This document shows, in pieces, positions 37,972 to 49,686 of a stretch of 64,000 bases of DNA; within the stretch, counting starts at the first letter, position 1; the number at the start of each line of letters is the position of its first letter. A program made the translations under genes and the position numbers. Source of the stretch: Octopus sinensis (Eukaryota); assembly GCF_006345805.1 (NCBI RefSeq), contig NC_043009.1, positions 35,960,001 through 36,024,000 of the forward strand. The letters are read 5' to 3'. The notes beneath the pieces were generated by a model that saw nothing but the letters and a program-made list of their open reading frames with translations, had not been told where the DNA came from and made no database searches.

Positions 37972-38400
37972 CACCCACCAGAGGCTATGATAGGGGATGA
38001 AAACTACAGTACTTGTGGGGGTTCCCATTATGACTAACCATATTATTGAAGCAAAAAGATTAGTTATGATTATAAATGACAAAATAAATATATAGATGAC
38101 AAATTAAACTGCGAAAGTTCATAGATTTTGAAATCCCTATAATTGCAGAGTCGATACCAGTGAAATTGAAAGAAATTGAGAAATATCAGGATCTAGCCAG
38201 AGAGCTATAAGCAATGTGAAAGACTACACCAGCAATTATTCCTATGGTAATTGGAGTAGTTGACACAACACCCAAAATGCTACATGAAATACTGATAGAG
38301 TGGAAATGAGACTCGCATTCGTGACCTACAAAAAAGCACCATCTTTCATTCTACAAGAATCCTAAGGAAGATTCTTGAGATTTGAGGAGACTTGTTGTCA
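37972..38400 (+). mobile_element. R4/Dong-like RLE domain remnant
   Basis: WYEHPPEA...IMTNHIIEAK...IDF-IP...EIEKYQDLAREL...IIPMVIG across frameshifts. Confidence 0.7.
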
Positions 38401-38759
38401 CCAACCCTCAAAATAAAATTTCTGCTATTTAAATTAGCATGAAGAATGTTAATAGTAATATTATGGTAATTTTATTTACGTTTCGACTTATTCACAACTA
38501 CAAAATGAACATGTAGAAAGAGTTGCTTTTAAGTCCATGTGTAACCCGCTACATGTTCAACAAAAAAACACAAAATTCTTCGTAGACTCAATGGCTACTT
38601 ACTTCCAGTTCTTATCTCTGGTGGGGAGGAACGGATGGCGTAGTGATTTAAATGGTGCAGCATCAGTACCGTCCGCAGCTTAGTGTATTTGTACTTCTCC
38701 ACAATTAATGGGATTGATATTTCTAATGAAACTTTCGATCCTGTAGAAACTCGCACATG

Positions 38760-39345
38760 CAAGGTCAGTGGCAGTCACTTGCGGATACATAGATGTTACA
38801 TGTCTGTTTAGTTGTCGCAACCTGTATCAGTGCACAGAAAAGGAATACATGCGTACATATGCGTGTATGTGCATGCATACATACATAAAACTTCTGTCAA
38901 ATGTAAACATAACAGGCCAGATATTGTTGTTTGCGACAGAGGGGCAAAGGTAGGTCGGCTGCCCTGCAGATATAAATATCTGTTTGAAAATCAAAGAAAA
39001 AGAGGACATCTATGGACAACTGCTTCGAAACCTCCAGACTACGAATTCATATTCATACCAATAATAATTGGAGCACTAGGTTTTGTTAGTAAATCAGTTT
39101 ATCCAGATTTACTAACAAAGTTAGTAAATCTGGATAAACTGGGATTTTCAGAAAGAGAAATCAACCGGCTAATTCGTACATTATAAGTGCAATCTGTGAG
39201 TGGAGAAGTAAAAATAAGCAAGACTTCTCTCAAGTTTCAAATGTGAATTTGTCTGTATTAACAACATCCCAATGATAGAGCCCTGTATCTTTGTTGGAAA
39301 CCGGCTCCCTCCTCAGTTGAAGATTTATAATAATTAAAAATAGAA
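38760..39345 (+). mobile_element. R4/Dong-like RLE LINE 3' end
   Basis: KCKHNRPDIVVCD...PDYEFIFIPIIIGALG...LDKLGFSEREINRLIRTL...GEVKISKT; 3' UTR GAAACCGG shared with 31795-32265. Confidence 0.75.
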
Positions 39346-40291
39346 GAGACATACACATACATAATTATATACATGACAGGTAAATTATATACATGACCTG
39401 CCACTCCTAGAAATTCGACTCAACAAATTATTCTCGATGTTGGCTTCAATGCTGCTAACTTCTTTGGATAGATATACTCTTATTATTCATTAACTTTCTA
39501 ATTTGCTTTTCACTAAACGGTCTATAATTTAGCTGTTCGATAAAATTAAAGCCCATGTTCCGCTAAATCTGTGTTCTATGTTTTGTATATTTATTTTAAC
39601 TCTTTTGTCCCATTATGATATTTATGATTGTTATCATTTCTTAATATAGCACAAAATGTTTGGTTGACTTTGTTTGTTTGTTTCGCTCCGTTTTCAATAT
39701 AATTTTGTTTGTAACAATTTCATTTTTCTGACACTTCTGTAATTTTTATATCGTACATATAAACTGGCCCTGGTGGCAAGTAAATGAAATTATTATCATT
39801 ATTTTCTGCACAGAATTTAAATATAGTGTGCATCCAGATAGAAATTATTGCCTGTAAAATGAAAAGGTCAGCTCAGATCGATATGAACTGAATAAACATG
39901 TGCCAAAACTCTACTCTGTATAAATTATTGGTAAGATATTGAGATAAATGATTCGAGTTAAGAGAAAACTCTGAAAACAATACATGCATGTTTTTCTCCT
40001 TTATTTCTCCGTGGGGAAGGGGGTCCCATAATGCGGCAGATTAAAATCTAAAACGTTGCTGCAGATAAACAAAACGGCCGGCTCGTTTATAATTGTTAGA
40101 GAAGAAAACATCAAAAAATTTGGTATAACTGATACTCTGAAACGATGTTTTCTTGAACAAAATGATATGAACTGCTTTCAGAGACAGTTTTTTTTTTCTT
40201 TTTAGTTTAATCAATAATCAATAACAAATTTTGCTCACGCCAAATGACAGTAGGTTGTTATGAATTTTGAGAAGAAAATTTCCTTGAACTA

Positions 40292-40510
40292 CATATTAAC
40301 AGTATTGAGTGACAGGTTAACAGCAATGTCTTAACATATTAAATGTAATGTGTTAACATATTAGACGCAGTGTGTTAACATATTTGCAGTAATATGTTAA
40401 TTAGCAATAACGTGTTAACACATTAATAGTAATACGTTGATTCTTTAACAGTAGTGTGTTGCTACATTAACAGTGATGTGCTGACACTAACAATAATGTA
40501 TTAACACATT
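40292..40510. repeat. Degenerate ~22-bp minisatellite
   Basis: Recurring GTGTTAACA(C/T)ATTAA(C/T)AGTAAT-like units, about 9-10 copies. Confidence 0.7.
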
Positions 40511-40894
40511 TCGTGTGACTAAAGCAGAAGACAACTAATATGTGGAAGTAGACGTTTTTTGCCAGAAGCATAACTTATTCTAACGGTCACTTTTGTCGAA
40601 CCGCTAATTTGCGGGGACTTAAACACACCAACGTCGGTTTTGTGAGATTCGACTTCACAAATTGTAATATCTCTGTTGTTATCTCTTCAACCAATTTTAT
40701 TGGAAAGGAAATGACAAACTTAACAACACACTGAGGAATTGTCTACACAGTCACTCGATCTGCAGCAAATAGCTGCCAAATTTCCTTCAAATCACTGTTT
40801 ACTGCCTTAAAAAAAGAACTCATACATATGTGCGTGTGTGTGTATTTATATGTAATATATATACCGGAGTAATGTAATATATATAGTATATATA

Positions 40895-41045
40895 TATACC
40901 GGAGTAAACACATAAATGTGAAACAAGGTGGAAAAAAAGAGTACTCAAATACCAGTGGTAGAGTAATATGCTTTATTTAAAACTGTCTGATGAAGGGCAA
41001 CGAGAAACAGATTTTGCTGAATTTTCTGCTGCTTTAAATAAAGTA
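40895..41045 (+). mobile_element. PLE-type terminal-repeat remnant with broken hammerhead
   Basis: CTGT-CTGATGA-AGGGCAACGA-GAAAC (40987-41008) with no helix III or cleavage site; enclosed by inverted CTTTATTTAAA (40971-40981) / TTTAAATAAAG (41033-41043). Confidence 0.45.
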
Positions 41046-41392
41046 TATATATATATATATAAAGTTTTCGGGTAAGCTCTGCACTCTTTATACACAATAA
41101 GACGCTAGCAAGGAGAGCGAACTCCTACTATCATCCAGCAGCTAACAGATTGCGGAACTAGCCTAGATTCGAACTATTTACCTCATTCTCAGCTGCTCGT
41201 ACCTGCGCAGGGGAGTGATGGCTAAGATCCGCTCCTGCCAGCGATATATTATAAACAAAGTGACCATCGGTCACTGATTTGCAACAAGCAAGGTTTGCGC
41301 GGCTGGGGAGTAGCAACAAAAGAATGAGACTTCGATATTAGATAAATAGAGGATTATTTATATGTTATAATTTAGAACAAACAGTAAAAGGG

Positions 41393-41466
41393 TGCCATTA
41401 TAGTCCTCGGAGTTTCGAATGTAGGAGCGAAGAGCTACGATACATTCTCGACGGCTATTAATGGCA
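41393..41466 (-). ncRNA. Hammerhead ribozyme relic with long helices and altered core
   Basis: Minus strand TGCCATTAATAG-CCGTCGA-GAATGTA...TACATTC-GAAAC-TCCGA-GGA-CTATAATGGCA; 7-bp perfect helix II, ~11-bp helix I; 3' half homologous to the 44.1-kb motifs. Confidence 0.6.
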
Positions 41467-41866
41467 ACAGATGCTATGAAAAACCGTTAAATAAAAGGGA
41501 AGTTACTCTAATAGGTATAAAAAGAAAACAGAAAAAGCTAAAAAAAATAGACGCAACCATATTCTCACAATACATAGACATAAACCTCCTGTGTCCACAT
41601 CTACATGCGAATACGCTCACACAAACATGTATATGTTGTTGCACATACATACACACACACACACATATATGTGTGTATGTAAGTACTCATACATACACAC
41701 ATATCCACATACACGCATGCAAGAATATATATGCGTGTAATAAATATGCGTTTAAATATGTAAATCTGTACGCAACTTCATCCTCTTATACACATAAATG
41801 TTTACATGCATACACGTAACATAATGCATATATATTTAGACATTTCTACATATAAATATACGTATA

Positions 41867-41918
<52 letters not shown>

Positions 41919-42011
41919 AATAATGAGGGAGATAAATTAATATTAATTTTAATATCAATTTAAAACCAGTAGTCCAGCATACAAAAATCTGAGGAGTCAG
42001 AGAAAATTCTA

Positions 42012-42271
42012 ATATATGTGTATATTGGCAGGGCTTACTGCTAGGGAGTCGGCCGTATGCTAGAAATAGACCATCAACGGTCAAACTACAAGGAAATTCT
42101 CTAGGGGGAAAATTACTGCGAACACCAGAACCAACTTTGGCGGGCATGACAGATGAAAATTTATATAAAAAACAGAATTAAATGCATACCTCGGTTGTTT
42201 GACCGTTGATGGTCTATTTCTAGCATACGGCCGACTCCCTAACAGTAAGCCCTGCCAATATACACATATAT
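42012..42271. mobile_element. Foldback/MITE-like element with 75-bp terminal inverted arms
   Basis: 42012-42086 versus reverse complement of 42197-42271: one mismatch; 110-bp spacer. Confidence 0.8.
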
Positions 42272-42305
42272 ATATATATATATATATATTATAATAATAT
42301 ATATA

Positions 42306-42364
<59 letters not shown>

Positions 42365-42727
42365 ATATATGTATATATATACACACATACATTCACACTC
42401 CTGCATACACACATATATACTTATGTGTGTATGTGTGTGTGTATGCACCTTGCAATCACATACCTAAACCTGCACAGATACAAACATATACATAACCGTA
42501 TATATGAAGGGGACGTGTGCATGAAAGTCGCACATATGCACCGGACACAGTCTTACACAAATATACATACATATATATATATACACATATATACACAAGC
42601 ACACGCATATACATATAAAATATATACATATACATATACATATACACACACGTACACATTCACATAATAAAAACGGAAAAAGGAATAAGATGAATATAAT
42701 ATATATATTATATATATATATATATAT

Positions 42728-42801
<74 letters not shown>

Positions 42802-43115
42802 CACACATACATTCACACTCCTGCATACACACATATATACTTATGTGTGTATGTGTGTGTGTATGCACCTTGCAATCACATACCTAAACCTGCACAGATA
42901 CAAACATATACATAACCGTATATATGAAGGGGACGTGTGCATGAAAGTCGCACATATGCACCGGACACAGTCTTACACAAATATACATACATATATATAT
43001 ATATACACATATATACACAGGCACACGCATATACATATAAAATATATACATATACATATACATATACACACACGTACACATTCACATAATAAAAACGGAA
43101 AAAGGAATAAGATGA

Positions 43116-43180
<65 letters not shown>
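42270..43180. repeat. Tandem duplication, period 420 bp
   Basis: 42371-42695 is nearly identical to 42791-43115; junctions lie in (TA)n tracts. Confidence 0.9.
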
Positions 43181-43188
<8 letters not shown>

Positions 43189-43444
43189 AAAAATAAGAAA
43201 TTATTGGAATTTAAAACATTGGAAAACTTGTGCAGAAACAAACTAAAAATGTGGATTCTATTCGTGATCTTGCGGGGCCAAAACTGTAACAGATATTTTG
43301 TGACATATAAGCATGATCCAAAAGTTCAGTTCTTGAATTTAGACATGTAACGGGGTCCAAGGAACTTTTCCAGATGAGCCATCTTTCCATATTACATACA
43401 CTGCACTTGCCACTACCGTTGGTATAAGGTTTACACTTGGCTAA

Positions 43445-43730
43445 GATATTCTAATAAATCCTGTAGCTTTCGCCTTGTCCTTTTAAGAACTATACATAAC
43501 TGGATAATTTGGTAGTTTTTCGTTTATTCCGGTGTCTGAAGCTTAAAGTGTGAGTGTTGAATCCTGCTTCGAAATTTCCCTTTGAGAGACCTACATATCT
43601 TTTGGATAAAACTGTATTACTGGCGACCGTAGAATTTACGGTGGCTTCATAAATAAATGATCTTGGTTCATACACGCTCCATTTGGCAGACACAAGTATA
43701 TGTGCTGGTGTAGGTGTGTAATGGGAGGGT
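43445..43730 (-). pseudogene. Penelope GIY-YIG remnant
   Basis: CLPNGACM, then frameshift to FIYEATV...KRYVGLSKGNFEAGFNTHTLSFRHRNKRKTTKLSSYV*FLKDK. Confidence 0.75.
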
Positions 43731-43748
43731 ATATATATATATATATAT

Positions 43749-43800
43749 CCTTGTTTGTCCCCTCTATGTTTAGCCCCTTGTGGGTAATAAAGAAATAGGT
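43749..43800 (+). mobile_element. Orphan LINE/SINE 3' tail
   Basis: CCTTGTTTGTCCCCTCTATGTTTAGCCCCTTGTGGGTAATAAAGAAATAGG, the same tail as at 26678 and 27221. Confidence 0.8.
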
Positions 43801-43811
43801 ATATATATATA

Positions 43812-43910
43812 TCGAAACGTAAAAGACTTTTTCTATTTCTGAGCGTTATACTAATACATCTGTTTGTTTTGTACACCACCTGTCTTCGTCCTTTTTTTCC
43901 GTAAACTCTC
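43812..43910 (+). mobile_element. 3' half of a minimal-hammerhead PLE repeat
   Basis: TCGAAAC-GTA-AAAGA, then GAGCGTTATACTAATACATCTG...CACCTGTCTTCGT, homologous to 58711-58790. Confidence 0.6.
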
Positions 43911-44045
43911 CCTATATATTTTGTTGTGTCTGGGGAGAGTCATTCTCTTTAAGTGCCTTATTATTTAACACACTCACCGGTAACATATATATATGTATAT
44001 ATGATATAATATAATATAATATAATATAATGTAATGTAATATGTA

Positions 44046-44208
44046 ACAATTATTCGGTTGCTATTATAAAACTCCGAGTTTCGAATGTCGCGGCGAAAAT
44101 CTGCTCCGGCATCTCGTCAGTTATTAGGACAAACTAACGAGATGCCGGAGCAGATTTTCGCCCCGACTTCCGAGACTCGGAGTATTATTACGGCAACCGA
44201 ATAATTGT
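44046..44208. ncRNA. 163-nt hairpin made of two inverted hammerhead-ribozyme copies
   Basis: Arms 44046-44122 and 44132-44208, 9-nt loop. Minus-strand copy: TAATAA-CTGACGA...CATTC-GAAAC-TCGGA-GTT-TTAT. Plus-strand copy: CTAACGA...GAGAC-TCGGA-GTA-TTATTA. Confidence 0.75.
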
Positions 44209-44372
44209 CACGTATTATTTTACAAATAAATTCCTCTATTTATGTGATATCGAGATCTACTTCATTCTTTTGTTGCCATACTACTACTATTAATATATAT
44301 ATATATGCGTGTGTGTGTCCGTGTGTGTTTGTGTGTGCGTGTATATATGGTGTATGTATGTGTGTATGTATG

Positions 44373-44406
<34 letters not shown>

Positions 44407-45099
44407 TGTATGTATGTATGTATGTATGTATAAAAGTCCATTCCTTGAAACAAAAACGGGATGATCAGGTTGGAGCGCCTTTACTCAGGCCTACTTTTAT
44501 TAGAACTGGTCTAGATCTTGAAAAAACTTTTCAAAAGAATAGAAAAATATTGAATCGAAATAAAGATAAGCTTTTAAGATTTATTTTGTTGCAACAAAAG
44601 AGGAGAAAATTATTTAGATTTAAAATGGAGAAATAAGGTCCTAATAAAATTAATGTAGCAGCTCCAGAACAGATAATTATTGTCACATGACATTTTATTT
44701 CAGTCATTACGAAGTGAGATACTCAACCAGAATAAACCGTAGATATCTTCTCATATGACTCAGGATATGTGTGTTTATTAAAGAACCTAGTGTATTTGTT
44801 ATAATCTGGTAGTTAAATATGGCGATGTGAGGGTATTTCTGATTGATTGCTTCATTTGTAAACAACGGAAGCTAATGTCAGAGGATAGTTAACATTATAA
44901 ACAGAGTTGGTCATCGAACAGAAAGAAAAAGGTCACTTAAGATGAAACTGAAAGAAAGTGACATAACAGAGTATTGGATTTTAAAACAGAGATTGAATAA
45001 AGGAAATCGTATTGAAGGTTAGATATAAGAGTAAGTAGAGTAGATATACACATCAGATGAACGTAAAATGATTTTTAAATGGTGAAACAAATGGTCTGT

Positions 45100-45138
<39 letters not shown>

Positions 45139-45167
45139 CGCGTCTGTGTATATTTAGATAGATAGAT

Positions 45168-45214
<47 letters not shown>

Positions 45215-45232
45215 GTAGATAGATAGATAGAT

Positions 45233-45545
45233 ATGTTTCTTTATTAGCCACACAGGGCTGCACAGAGACGGGACAAATTACAAGGTAGAGCATTTCTTTT
45301 GGGGGATAAAAGAAAGGGGGTTTGGTTTTCGATCAAAAGGGATCGTAAAAGGAAAGAAAGAGGAAGACAAAAAAAGGGGGGGGATAAAAATAAAAGGAAA
45401 AAGAAAAAAATCGATCAATAGGGATCGTTATCACAGAAATGTCAAATAAGATGTGTAAAGGGGAGGACAGGTGAGGTTTACCCGTGGAAAGAAAAGCCTA
45501 CGGAAAAGACCACGGTAACCTTGGTCGATGAAGTCACATGTCATA
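45233..45545 (-). mobile_element. L1/Tx1-like LINE 3' end, tail variant
   Basis: Pyrimidine-rich 3' UTR ending TTTGTCCCGTCTCTGTGCAGCCCTGTGTGGCTAATAAAGAAACATA, abutting (GATA)n. Confidence 0.6.
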
Positions 45546-45575
45546 TTTTTTTTACAAATAAGCAACTCTCTGTAT

Positions 45576-45682
<107 letters not shown>

Positions 45683-45789
45683 GTAGGTAGGTAGGTAGGT
45701 AGGTAAGTAGGTAGGTAGGTAGGTAGGTAGGTAGGTAGGCAGACAAACAGACGGACTGACGGCCAAACAGGCAGCCAGACAGGTAGGCA

Positions 45790-46840
45790 GACAGATAGAT
45801 AGTATTCTGCAGATACAGAAAATATGAAAGCGTAACTGGTAAGGACATGGTATGCAGTTGTTAATACAAACAGATCAACGAAATGTCGAGTCTATCCCGA
45901 ACTACATATCCCTACCATTTGGCAAAGCTTCACGTTGCTGTTGAAGGCAGAAAGCCGAAATATCAAGTGTATGGCAACACAAATAACCTCAAAGCCTTTT
46001 GCCCACAGCAAACGAAACCAACACTCCAGCCGACAGCATTGCCGCAACTACCATCAGCACCACCACCACCTTTACAACAAAAGCAGCAGCAACAGGACCG
46101 AAACTAACAGCTGTGGAAACTGCAAAAAGGTTATTTTACAGCAGCACCTCCACCGCCACCAACAACAACAGCTACTTCAACAAAACGCCAAAAATCTTCC
46201 CAGGACATACCTTTCCCCTCTTCGGGCCAATCAAACATGTCCTGCAGTGAAGGGGACGGTGAGAAGCCTAAATGGCAAACGGTCAAAGAAGGAAAAGAGG
46301 ACCAAAAACACAAGAAAACAAAAACACAAGAAACTGGCAGTGACGAACAAATGAGAGAGTTGCCTTTGAGCAAAATACTCAGACACCACCCCAGTCACAG
46401 CTACATCAACATTGTCAACATCATCCCGATCACTATCGCACCCACAACCACTATCACAAGCACCAACAATACAAGCACAACCTAATTCACAAGCACAACA
46501 GTTTGAACACGAAGTGACGAGCAGCGTGACTAATTTCACCCAGAAATTGACCGAGAGAAAGTTATCTCTGGAAGGTCGGGCAGAGTTGGTACATGCTTAT
46601 ATCGCATCCGTCATATGCTACACCTGACCGTTGTGCCCTGTTCCAGTTTCCGTCTGACCAAAGGGGAGCGTATACACTTCCGCTTTCTGTGGAAGACACG
46701 CGTTCCAATGGTCAAGCGCTCAGTTTGCTGTCACCAGCCTCTAAATGGAGGACTGGGCTTGCCGTGTCTGCTGTTGTGCAGACACGTGCTAAGGCTACAT
46801 CTTCAGCACTTTCTTGACGGTGAGCAAGTGTGGTCGCCAT
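45790..46840 (+). mobile_element. L1/Tx1-like LINE remnant: ORF1 C-half joined to the post-RT part of ORF2
   Basis: ORF1-like GMQLLIQ...IPNYI and LHVAVEGRKP; from ~46505 ORF2-like VTSSVTNFTQKLTERKLSLEGRAELV...FLWK...KRSVCC...PLNGGLGLP...VWSPF. Confidence 0.75.
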
Positions 46841-48834
46841 TTACGCTCAGAGTTCAAATTCCACCCATGTCGACCTCGCTTTCCTCTTTCTTAAAGAAAT
46901 GGATAAAATAAATACCTATAAAATACCTCAATCGGTTTAATCGATTATAAAACTCCCCTAAAATTTCTGCTTCTGATCTGTATTAGAATTCCATTGTTTA
47001 TTGTTTCTGTTTAAGTCCATAACTGTGTTACTCAGTTCACTTCTGTAAAATAATCAACTCCTACTTGAAATATATCTCATTATTTAACATTGCAATCGTA
47101 GGATCTAGGAAACCGTTTTGTTGGTTGGAACATTTGGGAAATATGTATCTTTCCTTCTACAAAAGACCAAATATAACCAAAAGTCAAATGAGGCAGGATC
47201 GACCTATCTTTGACTTGTTTACAACATCAATACTAATGGTGGAAAATGGTAAAGGATCCTCAAACAACGCGTGTACTCGTTTATAACCTGTTAAAGGTAC
47301 ACACTGAAAGGACCGACATGGCTACTTTAATCCCCCGAAATCAACACCCAACACATAAATATAGCCTCTAATTGATTATTTCTTTCCAAAGTCCTCATTA
47401 AATCAAACCTTGATTATTATAATTCCCACTTACATAACCTGAAATCCCTTTATCTTTACTATAATAGGTATTTTAAAATATTATCCTGGATAATTTTCTG
47501 TCAATGAAATGATATGTTGACTACAGTGAGCTAAAACGCGTTCTAGTGGCCGGAAATGAATCTTTGCAGAAAGATTAACTGATGTGCAGTTCCCTTTGAA
47601 ATTTCCAACATAACTCTCGCTTTCAGCTGGTCTTTTCAGCGTGCACCAATAATCATGAGTTTTCAGTCTGACATAATGACTTATTTATTTGTCAGAAGGA
47701 ATGATGAGATGTCGTGACGTTCATGCTTTCCTTGTAGTGAGGGAGGGAGTGTTAATATGGATTAAGAGAGATTTAATTAAAGGTGTAGATTAATTTACCA
47801 ACAGGAAAGCAAAAAATTGTATAATGATGTATGAGTGTGCGAGTGAATGTATTTGTGTATGGTGTGTGTGTGCGTATATGAATGTAACACAAATGCGCGT
47901 GTCTGTTGTGCATTTTTCATATGTGATTATAAGCGAAATGTGTGAACACTGTAGAGAAAAGAGGTTAATCGGTGCTTTACAAATGAAATATTTTGAGTTA
48001 CTTGCAGAAGTTGTTAATTGGTTGCTAGTTTTCGTCTTTGTAGTGTCTTCTACAGTATTTCCTCATCCGTCAATTGAGTGTCATTTCCGCGCCGGTAATC
48101 AGAGCCAGGTAACAAAAAAAAATTACATGTCGTTCAGAGTTTCATAAAAGTGTATAACATATTTAATGAAAATGCGTTCTGTTCGATGGTTATTTAATTT
48201 GCTTTATTGAAGAAATTAGTTTCAACATGACTACGATGGTGGCGGTGAGAATTGATTACCAAACTAATAGTAATGAACAGGCTTGAAGGAAAAATAAACT
48301 GTTAATCACTTCTTGTATATTGGGAACAACTACCCAATTAGTAACAACATTTCCAGCAGCAGTAAAACTAATAGCAATACTCAAGTAGGAAGCCTCTACA
48401 TTGCTACTCGATCTACATGAAATGATTTTCAAATTTTCTTCCAAGCGACATTAGACGGATATGGCTCATTAGATGAATGTAGACTTTCACACCCTCAAAA
48501 AATGGTCACGTTTGGAATGTCATTAGTCTGCTTTTGGTTTCCAGCCAGATGCAAGACAGCTGCAGTATTGCTTTACTAATATCTATCGCAGCTTTTGAAA
48601 ATCAGAGAAGTCATTCAAAATTTTAAAATCAAATATCTAAACGAATTCTTACATAACGCCCAACTCGCTGTTTCGCTAGATGCAATACTGGAAAAATCCT
48701 CGGACACAGTAAAGGCGGTGCATCAGCATGGCCTCAGCCTCTGGCTGAAACCCATAAAAGAAAAAAGATAAGTTATATATATATATTATAATAATATTAG
48801 GGAGTTGCCTAATAGTGGTTTTATCTCTAATTTA

Positions 48835-48874
<40 letters not shown>

Positions 48875-49635
48875 TACGGGACAAGAACGCAAAACTTCCA
48901 GACAGTTAGGTGAGACAAAAAAAGGTCAACCAAACAGCAGACAGACGATACAAAGCAAACAAGGACGGGTCATTCGGAGTTTTCTATCCTCAAAATTGGA
49001 GCAATTTCGAGTATAACCAGCCGAAATTGCAAAAGATAATCTGGAACTCGACATAAAACATACAAACGTTCGTACATGCCTGCACACATATACAAACAAA
49101 CACTTATATATACTAATGCATATTTAGGTATCCACGTGCATATACATACACGTATAATACTTCTCCGTGTGCATTTAAAATATACAACTTAGTTGTTACA
49201 AGTGGGAGAAAGAAAATGAAAAGAAAATCGGAGAATAATAAGTGGTGGAAGAAAGAAAAAAAAAGAGAAAGAGAAAGAGAAACAGAGAGAGGAAGAAATG
49301 ATTTGGAAGTTGCTGTTCCCACAAAGTATCTAACAAATGTTAGATATTTCAGTAAGCATGCAAACGCACACACACACATACATTTTGGGAGGGACATTGC
49401 ACCAATAATAAACACACAGACTGCTAAAATTTTACTTCCTTATTATTATTTTCAATTGGTTAAATAGTTAACCAATTGACGAATATCGATAACGAAGTTA
49501 AATTTACCCAGTGTGTGAGTTTTTAGTATTGGCGCAATGATCACACAAGAGTTCACGTCAAGAATTTTCCCAACCAAATACGAAAACGAAATGTATATAC
49601 ACACGTGTGTGTGCATGTTTTGTGTGTGGGGGTTT

Positions 49636-49686
<51 letters not shown>

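Noticed and set aside
48256-48444. Hydrophobic ORF faintly like GPCR TM1 (AAGNVV)
   Set aside because: Stop immediately upstream, only 62 codons, no further TM motifs.
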